Positions 1 to 10,249 of a stretch of 64,000 bases of DNA are shown piece after piece (the stretch's first letter is position 1; each line of letters opens with the position of its first letter). The stretch is from Myxococcota bacterium. Its GTDB lineage: Bacteria > Myxococcota_A > UBA796 > CAJQPC01. The translations under genes were made by a program, and so were the position numbers. The stretch spans positions 1 through 64,000 of the forward strand of contig JAZAMN010000073.1 of assembly GCA_036229005.1 (NCBI GenBank), in the 5' to 3' direction. The notes below the pieces were generated by a model, which saw only the letters and a list, made by a program, of their open reading frames with translations, was not told where the DNA came from and ran no database searches.

Positions 1-65
1 CCCCCACAGGTGGACGCCGCCCCCCTCCCGACATACCCGGCCGCCCAGAGAATCAGGATCCCGGT

Positions 66-1652
66 ATGTCCGAGCTGACGACCCAGGCCGAGCGCCGCCG
101 CACCTTCGCCATCATCTCCCACCCGGACGCTGGCAAGACCACGCTCACCGAGAAGCTGCTGCTCTACGGCGGGGCCATCCACCTCGCTGGCAGCGTCAAG
201 TCCCGAAAGGCCAGCCGGCACGCGGTCTCCGACTGGATGGAGATGGAGAAGACCCGCGGGATCTCCATCACCTCCTCGGTCCTGCAGTTCGAGCACATGG
301 GCCGCGCGGTCAACCTGCTGGACACCCCCGGTCACGCCGACTTCTCCGAGGACACCTACCGCACCCTGTCCGCGGTGGACTCGGCGGTCATGCTCATCGA
401 CCACGCCAAGGGCGTCGAGGCCCGGACGCACAAGCTCTTCGAGGTCTGCCGCCTGCGCGGCCTGCCCATCCTGACCTTCATGAACAAGCTGGACCGCGAG
501 GGCCTGGACCCCCTGGGCCTGATGGACGAGGTCGCCGAGAAGCTGGGCGGCCTGCGCTGCTTCCCCATCAACTGGCCCATCGGCATGGGCCGGAACTTCC
601 GCGGCGTCGTGGACGTGCGCACCCGCGAGGTCTTCCTCTTCTCCGACTCCCGCCACGGGCAGGACAAGGGCGTGCAGGAGCGCATGTCCTTTGAAGAGGC
701 CCGCGAGCGCCTGGGCGACTCCCTGGCCGACCAGGTCGAAGAGGAGCTGGAGCTGCTGGCGATGGCCGGCGATGAGTGGGACCACGAGGCCTTCATCAAG
801 GGCGAGCTGACCCCCGTGTTCTGGGGCTCCGCCATGACCAACTTCGGCGTGCAGCCCTTCCTGGACTTCTTGGTGGAGAGCGCCCCCGGGCCCGCCCCCC
901 GCGAGACCCTGGAGTCCGAGACCGTCGCCCCCGACGCGCCCCAGTTCACCGGCTTCATCTTCAAGATCCAGGCGAACATGAACCCCCGCCACCGCGACCG
1001 CATCGCCTTCATGCGCGTGGTCAGCGGCGAGTTCGAGCGCGGCATGGACGTCAAGATCGGCCGCAACGCCGAAAAGCTGCGCCTGTCCAAGCCCCACAGC
1101 TTCCTGGCCCAGGAGCGCTCCATCGTCGAGAACGCCTGGCCCGGCGACATCGTAGGCCTCTACGACCCCGGCAAGCTGCGCATCGGCGACACCCTGAGCG
1201 CCGGCGAGGTCATCAAGTACAAGGGCATCCCCCGCTTCGCCCCCGAGCACTTCGCCCGCCTGCGCCTCAAGGACCCCCTCAAGCGCAAGCAGCTCGCCGC
1301 CGGCCTGGACCAGCTCTCCCACGAGGGCGCCATCCAGCTCTTCTTCCGCCCTGAGCTCGGCAAGCAGGACCCCTTCCTGGGCGCCGTCGGCATGCTCCAG
1401 TACGAGGTGCTCATCGAGCGCCTCAAGAACGAGTACCGGGTGGAGGCCATCCTGGAGATGAGCAACTTCCGCCTGGCCCGCTGGATCGGCGGCACCGGCG
1501 ACGGCCTGGAGTGGATGAAGGCCCGGCGCGACTACCCCGTGGTCGAGGACCGCAACGGCCGACCCGTCGTGCTCGCCGAGAGCCCCTGGCCGCTGCAGTA
1601 CGCCCTACGCGAGAACGAAGGCCTGGAGCTCTACGACGTCGAGCCCCTCTGA
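66..1652 (+). CDS. prfC: Peptide chain release factor 3
   Basis: RRRTFAIISHPDAGKTTLTEKLLL, RGISITSSVLQF, LLDTPGHADFSEDTYR and NKLD GTPase motifs; C-terminal GAVGMLQYEV; 528 aa. Confidence 0.98.
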   Translation: MSELTTQAERRRTFAIISHPDAGKTTLTEKLLLYGGAIHLAGSVKSRKASRHAVSDWMEMEKTRGISITSSVLQFEHMGRAVNLLDTPGHADFSEDTYRTLSAVDSAVMLIDHAKGVEARTHKLFEVCRLRGLPILTFMNKLDREGLDPLGLMDEVAEKLGGLRCFPINWPIGMGRNFRGVVDVRTREVFLFSDSRHGQDKGVQERMSFEEARERLGDSLADQVEEELELLAMAGDEWDHEAFIKGELTPVFWGSAMTNFGVQPFLDFLVESAPGPAPRETLESETVAPDAPQFTGFIFKIQANMNPRHRDRIAFMRVVSGEFERGMDVKIGRNAEKLRLSKPHSFLAQERSIVENAWPGDIVGLYDPGKLRIGDTLSAGEVIKYKGIPRFAPEHFARLRLKDPLKRKQLAAGLDQLSHEGAIQLFFRPELGKQDPFLGAVGMLQYEVLIERLKNEYRVEAILEMSNFRLARWIGGTGDGLEWMKARRDYPVVEDRNGRPVVLAESPWPLQYALRENEGLELYDVEPL

Positions 1653-1661
1653 GGCCAGCCG

Positions 1662-2135
1662 GTGCTCAAGCTCTACAAGCGCGATGAACAGGGCCTGCTC
1701 TACCACGAGGCCTGGTTCCACGACGGCGAGATCCACGAGCACCGCGGGCGGGTCGGCGACATCGGCGAGAGCCGCGAGCACCCCTGCAGCGGCGACCCCG
1801 AGCAGGCCATCCGCGAGCTCCTGGCCCCCGTGATGGAGGCCGGCTTCGCCCCCTGGGACGAGGACGAGATGTGGACCCTGCAGCTGACCGCCAAGCTGGA
1901 GGGCTGGGGCAGCACCGAGGACCTGCAGCTGCGCATCGACCTGGAGGCCGCGCTCAACGAGCGCCTGGGCTGGACCGGGCTGGGCCACTGCGACGGCGGC
2001 GACATGGGCAGTGGAGAGATGAGCGTCTTCTGCTTTGTGGTGGACGGCCCCCTCGCCAAGGCCCTGGTGGAGCAGGAGCTCCCCGGCACCCCCTTCGCCG
2101 TGTTCAGCCGCGTGGAGATCCGCCCGCCAAGCTGA
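1662..2135 (+). CDS. Conserved hypothetical protein (WGR-like N-terminus; LGWTGLGHCDGG motif)
   Basis: GTG start 9 nt after the prfC stop; normal GC3-rich codon usage; motif resembles a family of uncharacterised proteins (from recall). Confidence 0.75.
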   Translation: MLKLYKRDEQGLLYHEAWFHDGEIHEHRGRVGDIGESREHPCSGDPEQAIRELLAPVMEAGFAPWDEDEMWTLQLTAKLEGWGSTEDLQLRIDLEAALNERLGWTGLGHCDGGDMGSGEMSVFCFVVDGPLAKALVEQELPGTPFAVFSRVEIRPPS

Positions 2136-2174
2136 GCTTTGGGGTTATGACTCCCCCACCACCGGGAGCCCACC

Positions 2175-2612
2175 ATGATCTTCGCCCTGCTGCTCGCCTG
2201 CACCGAGCTCGAGTACGACTCCACCGCCGAGTGCCCCGAAGACACCGGCTACGCCCCCGCCGAGCAGCCCGACGACCAGCTCTTGCCCGACCGGCCCCCC
2301 GTCATCGTCAGCACGGTCCCCCAGGCCGGCGATCTGGCGGTGAACCCCGGCCTCACCGAGATCCGCGCCACCTTCTCCAAGGACATGAGCCACAACGGCT
2401 GGTCCTACGTCATCACCTGGGCCGACCACTTCCCCGAGGTCGTCGGCGATCCCGTCTGGGAGGACCCGCGCACCGTGGTCTTGACCGTCTCCCTGGCCGC
2501 CGACACCGGCTACAGCCTGGGCTTCAACAACCAGAGCTACGAGAACTTCCGCGACACCAGCGGCAACGTGGCCGTGCCCTACGAGCTCAGCTTCCACACC
2601 GCCCCCCAGTAG
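2175..2612 (+). CDS. Lipoprotein with a bacterial Ig-like (Big_5/SbsA-like) domain
   Basis: GGAG RBS; MIFALLLAC lipobox; PPVIVSTVPQAGD...IRATFSKDM...FRDTSGN...LSFHT pattern. Confidence 0.8.
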   Translation: MIFALLLACTELEYDSTAECPEDTGYAPAEQPDDQLLPDRPPVIVSTVPQAGDLAVNPGLTEIRATFSKDMSHNGWSYVITWADHFPEVVGDPVWEDPRTVVLTVSLAADTGYSLGFNNQSYENFRDTSGNVAVPYELSFHTAPQ

Positions 2613-2628
2613 TAAACGCGGCCAGTAG

Positions 2629-3498
2629 TCAGCGCGCCCAGAGTGCCCGCAGGGGTGGGACGCCGCAGGGGTTCGTCCAGGGCAGGACTCCAGAGACGAC
2701 ACCGGTGACCTCGCTGGTGGGGATGGGTTCTGGCAGCGTTTGGAGGCCCCGTCGGTCGTCGGGGTGAACCAAGAGCTCTCCAGGGCCCAACAGCCGCTCC
2801 TCTCCCGAGCCGCTCTCCGAGTCCGTCACGATGGGGACCCGCGCAGCGCCGTGTTCTTCGACGAGGAGAGGCTGTGTGGTGCGTACACAGCCCGCAGCCC
2901 ACCACTGCAGCTCTGGGCCCTCGGCCCCCACGACCACCCCGTCCCGCACGAGGACACCCTGGCGCAGACCGACGCGGTCACCGGGCACCCCCAGCACGCG
3001 GCCCAGGCGCTCGCGGCCCTCGCTGTTGAAAAGGACCACCTGCCCGCGCTGGGGCATCCGGGGGATGCGGGAGACGTAGAAGAGCTCGCCCGCGCCGATG
3101 CTGGGGGCCATGCTCTGGCCGCGGGTGGCGACCGGGCCTCCGATGTGGTGGCGGATCCACGCCTGCCCGCCCCACATGGCCAGCCAGATCCCCAGGAAGG
3201 CGAGCTCCAGGGGGCGGCTCCGGGCCCGGGGATGGCGGCCCACCTGCAGGGCGGCGTGGAGCGCGATGGCCCACCAGATGGCGAGCATCCAGGCGGCGCT
3301 CAGCGGGAGGATCCACCGGGCCAGGGCCGGGATGAAGGGCGCCAGGAGACCGGGCACCGCGGAGCCCAGCAGCCACCAGAAGGGGGCCTGCAGAGCCCGG
3401 CGATAGTCGCGCGCATAGAGGTGTCCGAAGCCGGGGCCCAGGGCCGTGAGCAGCAGAGCCAGGCCTCTGCGCGCGGTGGATGGCGGCGTGGCGTTCAC
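2629..3498 (-). CDS. Signal peptidase I (S26)-like membrane protein, apparently degenerate active site
   Basis: PGFGHLY and several TM segments, then QSMAPSIGAGE, PQRGQVVLF, LGRVLGVPGDRV; start placed at GTG 3498 (uncertain; ORF is open to 3579). Confidence 0.75.
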   Translation of the reverse strand: MNATPPSTARRGLALLLTALGPGFGHLYARDYRRALQAPFWWLLGSAVPGLLAPFIPALARWILPLSAAWMLAIWWAIALHAALQVGRHPRARSRPLELAFLGIWLAMWGGQAWIRHHIGGPVATRGQSMAPSIGAGELFYVSRIPRMPQRGQVVLFNSEGRERLGRVLGVPGDRVGLRQGVLVRDGVVVGAEGPELQWWAAGCVRTTQPLLVEEHGAARVPIVTDSESGSGEERLLGPGELLVHPDDRRGLQTLPEPIPTSEVTGVVSGVLPWTNPCGVPPLRALWAR

Positions 3499-3668
3499 AA
3501 CAGACTCAACGGTCCGAGCGCCGGATCCTGAAGCCGAGGGGCCGATGGTCTCCCGCCATCGCCGGGAGATTCCCACCACCTCCCTGACAAATCAGGTCAA
3601 GGACAGGGAGCCGCCTCAAGGAGTTGGTTCAATGGCAGGTACGTGTTTCTACGTGCCCGGGACGCCCC

Positions 3669-6600
3669 ATGCCTCTCTCCTCCGCACTGTTGCCCCTCGC
3701 GCTCACACTCAGCGGGGAGGCCGCCGCCGCGACCTGGCCCTCCAGCAGCGACTGGGAGCCCGTCCAGCTCGACGGCGCGGACATCACCGACCCCTGCGGA
3801 GACGTCAGCGGCAGCTCCTGGTGGGACATCGTCGGCGACTCCAGCAACCCGGCCGCCTACTGGTACAGCGACGGCACCAACGTGTGGTTCCGCCTGCGCG
3901 TGGCCGCCGAGCCCTACAGCACCAAGGGCGGCACCCCCAGCTCCTGGCGCAGCTTCGGTTGGGGCGTGATGATGGAGTCCGACTGGGACACCAGCAGCGT
4001 CAAGTACGACCACCTGCTCTACGTGGACGGCAACAAGGACAGCGCGCGGCTGTACGAGAACACCACGGGCACCACGCCCTTCTACTCGGACACCGCCGAG
4101 ACCTCGCTGAACAGCTACTCGGCGGCGCTGGCGGCCAGCGGGGCGAGCACCGCCGGCTACGCGGGCTACACCTCGGCGGGCTCCGACATCTGCGGCGGCT
4201 CCAGCAGCAGCGTCGACTACTTCGTGGACTGGTACGTGCCCTGGTCGGACCTGAGCAGCGCGACCGGGCTCAGCGACCCCTCCGAGCTGGGCGTCGTGTT
4301 CGGCACCTCGGCCTCGACCAAGAAGTTCAGCAAGGACATCGCCGGCTGTGACAACAGCAGCAGCTCCTGCAGCTCCTGGTGGGACGCGGTCAGCGACAAC
4401 GACATGGACAGCGACAGCGACGGGCTCAGCGACCTGGACGAGATCGATCTGGGCACCGATCCCAGCGATCCGGACACCGACGGCGACGGCCTGGACGACG
4501 GCGACGAGGTCAACACCCACGGCACCGACCCCAGCGACGGCGACACCGACGGCGACGGCCTGGGCGATGGCGCAGAGGTCAACACCCACGGCACCGACCC
4601 CCTGGACACCGACAGCGACGACGACGGGCTGGACGACGCCGCCGAGGTCAACACCCACAGCACCGACCCCAACGACGCCGACACCGATGGCGATGGCCTG
4701 GATGACGGCGACGAGGTCAACACCCACGGCACCGACCCCCTGGACACCGACACCGACGGGGACGGCCTGGACGACGGCAGCGAGGTCAACACCCACGGAA
4801 CCGACCCCTCCGATGCGGACAGCGACGGCGACACCCTGGACGACGGCGAGGAGGTCAACACCTACGGCACCGACCCGAACCTGGCGGACACCGACGGCGG
4901 CGGCGTGAACGATGGGACCGAGGTGGACGACGGCACCGACCCCCTGGACCCCAGCGACGACGTGAGCGGCACGGACAGCGACGGGGACGGCCTCACCGAC
5001 GCCGAAGAGGCCACCCTGGGCACCGACCCCTACGACGCCGACACCGACGGCGACGGCCTGGACGACGGCGAAGAGATCAACACCTACGGCACCGACGCCC
5101 TGGACTCCGACACCGACGGAGACGGCCTGGATGACGGCGACGAGGTCGACACGCACGGCACCGACCCCAACGACGCGGACACGGACGGCGACGGCCTGGA
5201 CGACGGCGACGAGGTCGACAAGCACGGCACCGACCCGCTCAACAGCGACTCGGACGGCGACGGGCTCAACGACCTGCGCGAGATCTACGGCCTGGGCTCC
5301 GACCCCAACGACACGGACACCGACGGCGACGGCCTCAGCGACGGCGACGAGGTCAAGGTCCACGGCACCGACCCCACGGTCGCGGACTCGGACGGCGACG
5401 GCCTGGACGACGGCGACGAGGTCAACACCCACGGCACCGACCCCAACGACTCGGACAGCGACAGCGACGGCCTCAGCGACGGCGACGAGGTCAACACCCA
5501 CAGCACCGACCCCAACGACTCCGACACCGACGGGGATGGGCTGGGCGACGGCAGCGAGGTCAACACCCACGGCACCGATCCCCTGGACACCGACACCGAC
5601 GGGGACGGCCTGGACGACGGCAGCGAGGTCAACACCCACGGCACCGACCCCGCGGACGCCGACAGCGACAACGACACCCTGAGTGACGGCGACGAGGTCA
5701 ACACCCACGGCACCGACCCGAACCTGGCGGACACCGACGGCGGCGGCGTGAACGACGGGACCGAGGTCAGCGATGGCACGGATCCCCTGGACCCCAGCGA
5801 CGACGTGAAGGGCACCGACTCCGACGGTGACGGCCTCTCGGACGAGGAGGAGGCCACCCTCGGCACCGACCCCAACGACGCCGACACGGACGGCGATGGC
5901 CTCAGCGACGGCGAGGAGTTGGGCACCACCGGCAGCGACCCCACCAAGGCCGACAGCGACGGCGACGGCGTGGATGACGGCGACGAGGTCAACACCCACG
6001 GCACCGACCCCAACGACGCAGACAGCGATGACGACGGCCTCAGCGACGGCGACGAGCTGGACAGCACCGGGACCGATCCCCTCAACGGTGACAGCGACGG
6101 CGACGGCCTGGGCGACGGCGACGAGGTCAACACCCACGGCACCGACCCCAACGACCGCGACAGCGACGACGACGGCCTGGAGGACGGCGCGGAGGTCAAC
6201 AACCACGGCACCGACCCCACCAACGACGACAGCGACAGCGATGGGCTGAGTGATGGGGACGAGGTCGACGTCTACAACACCGACCCTCTGGACCGCGACA
6301 CAGACAAGGGCGGGGTCCCTGATGGCGTCGAGGTCCTGGTGGATGGCACCGACCCCCTGGACGGCAGCGACGACAACACCGACGCGCTGGACACCGACGG
6401 AGACGGCCTCACCGACGGCGAGGAGAGCGTGCTGGGCACCGTCCCCGAGGACCCCGACAGCGACGGCGACGGCCTCAGCGACGGCGACGAGGTCAACACC
6501 CACGGCACCGACCCCATGGACGACGACACCGATGACGGCGGCGTCATGGACGGCGAGGAGGTCGAGAACGGCACCGACCCCCTGGATGGGAGCGATGACC

Positions 6601-6782
6601 TCCCCGACGAAGAGGAGGACCCGGTCCCCGGGGACACCGCCGATGAGAACCCCCTGACCGTCACGGGCAACTACGGCGGCGGCGCGGGCTGCCAGTGCGC
6701 GAGCTCCCCGGCCTCCAGCCCCCTGGGCCTGGCTTGGGTGGGGCTGCTCGGGCTAGTCCTGCTGCGACGCCGCCGGTCCTGA
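3669..6782 (+). CDS. Large surface protein: N-terminal globular domain, about 30 DxDxDG Ca-binding (TSP3-like) repeats, MYXO-CTERM-like anchor
   Basis: Signal peptide [21 protein letters not shown] from ATG 3669; 23-aa repeat [21 protein letters not shown]-terminus [35 protein letters not shown]. Confidence 0.9.
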   Translation: MPLSSALLPLALTLSGEAAAATWPSSSDWEPVQLDGADITDPCGDVSGSSWWDIVGDSSNPAAYWYSDGTNVWFRLRVAAEPYSTKGGTPSSWRSFGWGVMMESDWDTSSVKYDHLLYVDGNKDSARLYENTTGTTPFYSDTAETSLNSYSAALAASGASTAGYAGYTSAGSDICGGSSSSVDYFVDWYVPWSDLSSATGLSDPSELGVVFGTSASTKKFSKDIAGCDNSSSSCSSWWDAVSDNDMDSDSDGLSDLDEIDLGTDPSDPDTDGDGLDDGDEVNTHGTDPSDGDTDGDGLGDGAEVNTHGTDPLDTDSDDDGLDDAAEVNTHSTDPNDADTDGDGLDDGDEVNTHGTDPLDTDTDGDGLDDGSEVNTHGTDPSDADSDGDTLDDGEEVNTYGTDPNLADTDGGGVNDGTEVDDGTDPLDPSDDVSGTDSDGDGLTDAEEATLGTDPYDADTDGDGLDDGEEINTYGTDALDSDTDGDGLDDGDEVDTHGTDPNDADTDGDGLDDGDEVDKHGTDPLNSDSDGDGLNDLREIYGLGSDPNDTDTDGDGLSDGDEVKVHGTDPTVADSDGDGLDDGDEVNTHGTDPNDSDSDSDGLSDGDEVNTHSTDPNDSDTDGDGLGDGSEVNTHGTDPLDTDTDGDGLDDGSEVNTHGTDPADADSDNDTLSDGDEVNTHGTDPNLADTDGGGVNDGTEVSDGTDPLDPSDDVKGTDSDGDGLSDEEEATLGTDPNDADTDGDGLSDGEELGTTGSDPTKADSDGDGVDDGDEVNTHGTDPNDADSDDDGLSDGDELDSTGTDPLNGDSDGDGLGDGDEVNTHGTDPNDRDSDDDGLEDGAEVNNHGTDPTNDDSDSDGLSDGDEVDVYNTDPLDRDTDKGGVPDGVEVLVDGTDPLDGSDDNTDALDTDGDGLTDGEESVLGTVPEDPDSDGDGLSDGDEVNTHGTDPMDDDTDDGGVMDGEEVENGTDPLDGSDDLPDEEEDPVPGDTADENPLTVTGNYGGGAGCQCASSPASSPLGLAWVGLLGLVLLRRRRS
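4405..6600 (+). repeat. Coding tandem repeat, 69-bp (23-aa) unit, with higher-order duplication
   Basis: Recurrent gacggcgacgaggtcaacacccacggcaccgacccc; a block starting at about 4644 recurs at about 5487 (offset 843 bp). Confidence 0.95.
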
Positions 6783-6797
6783 GCAGCCGGTCGGGGC

Positions 6798-7559
6798 TCA
6801 GTCCGCCAGGAACTGCTGCATCTGACCGAGGGGCCGGAAGCCCATCGCCGCCACGATCGGATCGCTGGTGTCGTGCTTGGCGTAGAGCCCCACGATCTCC
6901 AGCCCGAGCGCGCGGGCCCGATGCAGGCGGGCGGCCAACACCGCGCGGTAGGCCCCCCTGCCCCGGGCGTGCTCCAGGGTCGACCCAGCCCAGAGGAAGC
7001 CGACCTTGAGCTGCGGGTAGCTGTTGAGCCCACCATAGGAGACCGGCTCCCCGTCCAGATACCCGACGAAGCGGTGGACCCGAGCGAGGTCACCGGTGCA
7101 CGCCCTCAGCTCCTGCTGGATGCGGTCCTCTGGGACGGGCTGGAGGCCACGGCCGAAGGCCTGGTCCGCGACCGAGATGGCATCCAACAAGCTCCGGCGG
7201 TCGCTGACCGGGGCAACGGTGACCTCGCTGGTGGAGAGGGGTGTCGAGGTGTTCAAGATGCGCAGGGTGTAGGTCGGTCCGGGGGTCCACCCGAAGGCGC
7301 CGAGATCCGCTTCCACCCCCTGCTCCAGGCTGGGCTCGGCCAGGTTCCACTGAGAGCTCGGACCCATGCGCGCGCGGGCCCGCTGGAGCTTGGCCCGGCG
7401 CTGGGGGCCCCGGAGGCAGACGCCCGTGTTCAGCATGGGCTCGGGGCGCTGGGAGTGCCAGAAGCAGAGGCCCTCTTCGTCGACCAGGGTGGCCCAGCTG
7501 GGGAGCCAGAAGGCGTCGCGCTGGCTGGCCTCGAAGGCGAGATCCAGGGGGTGGCTCAA
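6798..7559 (-). CDS. GNAT family N-acetyltransferase
   Basis: FVGYLDGEPVSYG...FLWAGSTLEHARGRGAYRAVL acetyl-CoA motif; TTG at 7559 overlaps the upstream stop (TTGA). Confidence 0.85.
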   Translation of the reverse strand: MSHPLDLAFEASQRDAFWLPSWATLVDEEGLCFWHSQRPEPMLNTGVCLRGPQRRAKLQRARARMGPSSQWNLAEPSLEQGVEADLGAFGWTPGPTYTLRILNTSTPLSTSEVTVAPVSDRRSLLDAISVADQAFGRGLQPVPEDRIQQELRACTGDLARVHRFVGYLDGEPVSYGGLNSYPQLKVGFLWAGSTLEHARGRGAYRAVLAARLHRARALGLEIVGLYAKHDTSDPIVAAMGFRPLGQMQQFLAD

Positions 7560-8626
7560 GCGCCGCTCTCCTCGAACTTGCGGCCAGCCCACTGCAGGTG
7601 CTCCTGCGCCTGCTTGGCGTCCATCTGCCCGGGGGCGGGCGGGGAGTCGTCAAAGAAGGGCACCACGTCGGTGGCGCGCACCTTGCGGCGCAGCAACATG
7701 AAGTTCAGGTAGTGCGCGGGGTGCTCGGCCACCCAGGTGGCGAACACGTCCACGTAGGCCTGCATGGCGCGCTGCAGGTCGGCGCTGCGGTCGCGGGTCC
7801 ACTCCAGCTCCAGGGGGGCGTGGATCACGATGCGGTGGCGGCGCTCGCCGGGCTCCCGGATGACCGCCGTGGGGAGGATGGCCGCCCCGGTCTTGCGGGC
7901 AAGCTGCGCGGGCTGCACCGCCACGTTGGCGCGGCGGGCCATGAACTGCACCTGGGTCCAGCGCCGCCCGCCTCCCCCGTCGAAGGCCAACCCCAGGACT
8001 TCGTTGTTCTGCAGGCACTCCAGGGCCGGGCGCAGGAACTTGAAGACGTTGATGTGCCGCACAGGCAGCCGCTGCTCCAGCTCCCAGCGCCGCTCCAGCA
8101 CCTTCTCCCACAGCGGCGTGGTGCGGGTCTCGCGCAGGATGTCGGCCCAGACGGGCGGGGGCGCGGAGAGCTGGTTCATGGGGTAGCCGGCGTGGCCCAG
8201 GGCCGGCATGATCATCTGGTTGGCCCCGAAGTGCCCGATGAGCACGATGGCACCCTTGCCCCGGGCCAGCGCGGCGTCCAGGTGCTCGCGGCCCTCGACC
8301 ACACAGACCTCGTCGACGGACTGGGGGTCCAGGTGGGGGTAGCGCAAGACCTCCAGCTCGTTGAACATCGTCTGCCGGTAGGCCTCGCGCAGGATCTCGC
8401 ACTTGTAGTGCGGCATGGGCTGGTCCCCGAACAGGGCCTCCAGCTCCTCCAGGGCCTCCCGACGCTCCGCCTTGGAGACCTTGCGCACCAGGTCCCCGCC
8501 CACCCGCGCGGCGTGCCCCAGCAGGCTTCGAGGCGCCCGCGAGACCAGGGCCTGGCCCGGGTAGTAGAGCGCCAGCCCGCCCAGGTCCTTGACCAGCAGC
8601 ACCGGGCTCTTGAGGGGCGAGGGCAC
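7556..8626 (-). CDS. Lysophospholipid/lipid A acyltransferase family (LpxL/HtrB-like)
   Basis: VEGREHLDAALARGKGAIVLIGHFG, LGLAFD, VQFMARRANV..PAQLARKTGAAILP, EHPAHY. Confidence 0.88.
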   Translation of the reverse strand: MPSPLKSPVLLVKDLGGLALYYPGQALVSRAPRSLLGHAARVGGDLVRKVSKAERREALEELEALFGDQPMPHYKCEILREAYRQTMFNELEVLRYPHLDPQSVDEVCVVEGREHLDAALARGKGAIVLIGHFGANQMIMPALGHAGYPMNQLSAPPPVWADILRETRTTPLWEKVLERRWELEQRLPVRHINVFKFLRPALECLQNNEVLGLAFDGGGGRRWTQVQFMARRANVAVQPAQLARKTGAAILPTAVIREPGERRHRIVIHAPLELEWTRDRSADLQRAMQAYVDVFATWVAEHPAHYLNFMLLRRKVRATDVVPFFDDSPPAPGQMDAKQAQEHLQWAGRKFEESGA

Positions 8627-8629
8627 CGC

Positions 8630-10216
8630 TCAGGCCTTCCGGAAGTCGCGGCGGGCGTCCATGGGTACCTCGAGCACCGCGCGCCGGTTGAGCTTGCCGT
8701 TGGGCAGCTTGGGGACCTCGTCCCAGAACTCGACCACCCGCGGGACCTTGTAGACCGCCAGGCGATCCCGGCAGTAGGCCTGGATGTCCCGCACACCCAG
8801 CTCACAGCCAGGGACCAGACTCACCACGGCCCGGGCGATCTCACCGCGCACCCGCTCCTCGGCCCGCACGACGACCACGTCGCGGACCTGGGGGTGGTCC
8901 TTGATCACCCGCTCGATCTCCAGGGGGTAGACGCGGATCCCCCCGATCTTGAGCATCTCGCTGCGCCGCCCCACGAACTGGATGAAGCCGTCCGCGCTGC
9001 GCTTGACCAGATCCCGGGTGTGGTACCAGCCGCCCTCGAACAGGGCCGCGGTCTCCTGGGGGTTGTTCAGGTACTCGCTGACCACGGCGGGGCCTCGGAC
9101 CAGCATCTCGCCGACCTCGTCGGGGTCACAATCGCGCCCGTGGTTGTCGACGATGCGCAGCTCGTAGCCCGAGATGGGCGTGCCGGTGGTGCCGGGCACG
9201 CGGGGGCGGTCGGGGCGCATGGCGACGGCCACCCCGGTGGTCTCGGTGCTGCCCCAGACGGGCATGAACGAGGCCCCGAACGCGCTCTCCATCCGCCGCA
9301 GGGTCTCCGCGCTCACGAAGGCGCCGCCCGACTCCAGCACGCGCAGGCTGGAGAGCCTGGGCCCGCCGGCCTCCATGTGGTCCAGCAGCATCTCGTAGAA
9401 GCTGGGCACCGCCATCATCCAGGTGACCTGGAAGCGCTGGATGGCGCGCGCGATCACGCGGGGGTTCAGGCTGTCCACGATGACGAAGGCGCCGCCGCAG
9501 ACGATGCTCCGGTGGAAGAGCTCGTGGGGGTGCGCGAAGACGCTGAACATGCCCAGGAACACGTCATCCGCGGTGAAGCCCATGCCCTCAAAGCCCTCGG
9601 GCGTCAGGCCGGTGTCCCCGTCGAAGGCCGTCAGCGCCTGGTAGAGGACGCGGAAGTGGCTGACGATGGCGCCCTTGGGCTGGCCCGTCGTGCCGCTGGT
9701 GTAGTTCAGGTAGCAGGGCTCGTCGGGCGCGGTCTGCACGCCCGGGTCCTGGTGCCCCGCCCGGTCCGCGTAGTTGCTGGTCCCGTGCCGCCCCGTCTCG
9801 CCCACGTACACGATGCGGGCCGGGTCGCTCAGGGTGGCGCGCAGCAGCGGCTTGAGCACGCTGTCAAAGCCCTTCTCGGTCAGCACGCAGCGGATCCGGG
9901 CCGTCTCGAACTGCTCCCGGATGCGCTCGGGGTGCAGCTTGAAGTTCACCGGCGCGTACAGGGCGCCGATGCGCGCGCAGGCCAGAAAGGTGGTCACGAC
10001 CTCCGGGCGCTTGTTGATCACCCCGCCCACCACGTCCCCTTTGCGGACGCCCAGGCTGTGCAGGAGACCGGCGACGGCATCGACCTCGGCGTCCAGCTCC
10101 GCCCAGCTCAGGGAGCGCTCCTCGGAGAGCAGTGCGGGGCGCTCGGGCCAGCGCGAGGCGGTCTCGCGCAGGGCCTGTCCCAGGGTGCGGTCAGCGGCGG
10201 GGAGTTGGGGCATCAT
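8630..10216 (-). CDS. Class I adenylate-forming enzyme (acyl-CoA ligase-like)
   Basis: YTSGTTGQPKG, WGSTET, GWYHTRD, GRRSEMLKIGGIRVYPLEIE, PKLPNGK. Confidence 0.93.
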   Translation of the reverse strand: MMPQLPAADRTLGQALRETASRWPERPALLSEERSLSWAELDAEVDAVAGLLHSLGVRKGDVVGGVINKRPEVVTTFLACARIGALYAPVNFKLHPERIREQFETARIRCVLTEKGFDSVLKPLLRATLSDPARIVYVGETGRHGTSNYADRAGHQDPGVQTAPDEPCYLNYTSGTTGQPKGAIVSHFRVLYQALTAFDGDTGLTPEGFEGMGFTADDVFLGMFSVFAHPHELFHRSIVCGGAFVIVDSLNPRVIARAIQRFQVTWMMAVPSFYEMLLDHMEAGGPRLSSLRVLESGGAFVSAETLRRMESAFGASFMPVWGSTETTGVAVAMRPDRPRVPGTTGTPISGYELRIVDNHGRDCDPDEVGEMLVRGPAVVSEYLNNPQETAALFEGGWYHTRDLVKRSADGFIQFVGRRSEMLKIGGIRVYPLEIERVIKDHPQVRDVVVVRAEERVRGEIARAVVSLVPGCELGVRDIQAYCRDRLAVYKVPRVVEFWDEVPKLPNGKLNRRAVLEVPMDARRDFRKA

Positions 10217-10249
10217 GGCAGGCCGAATAGCTGCGGAATCCCAGGTACG

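Noticed and set aside
3499..3668. Inverted repeats (CTCCCTG/CAGGGAG, TCTCCC/GGGAGA) as a riboswitch
   Set aside because: Short stems are expected at this GC content and I recognise no aptamer consensus.
4644..5915. 843-bp-offset duplicate as a DGR template/variable repeat pair
   Set aside because: The differences I inspected are mostly third-position C/G/T changes, not adenine-specific; no reverse transcriptase in the window.
3597..6503. 968-aa antisense ORF
   Set aside because: Shadow of the repeat protein caused by high-GC codon bias.
4405..6600. 69-bp repeats as a CRISPR array
   Set aside because: In-frame coding repeats with synonymous variation; no unique spacers and no cas genes.
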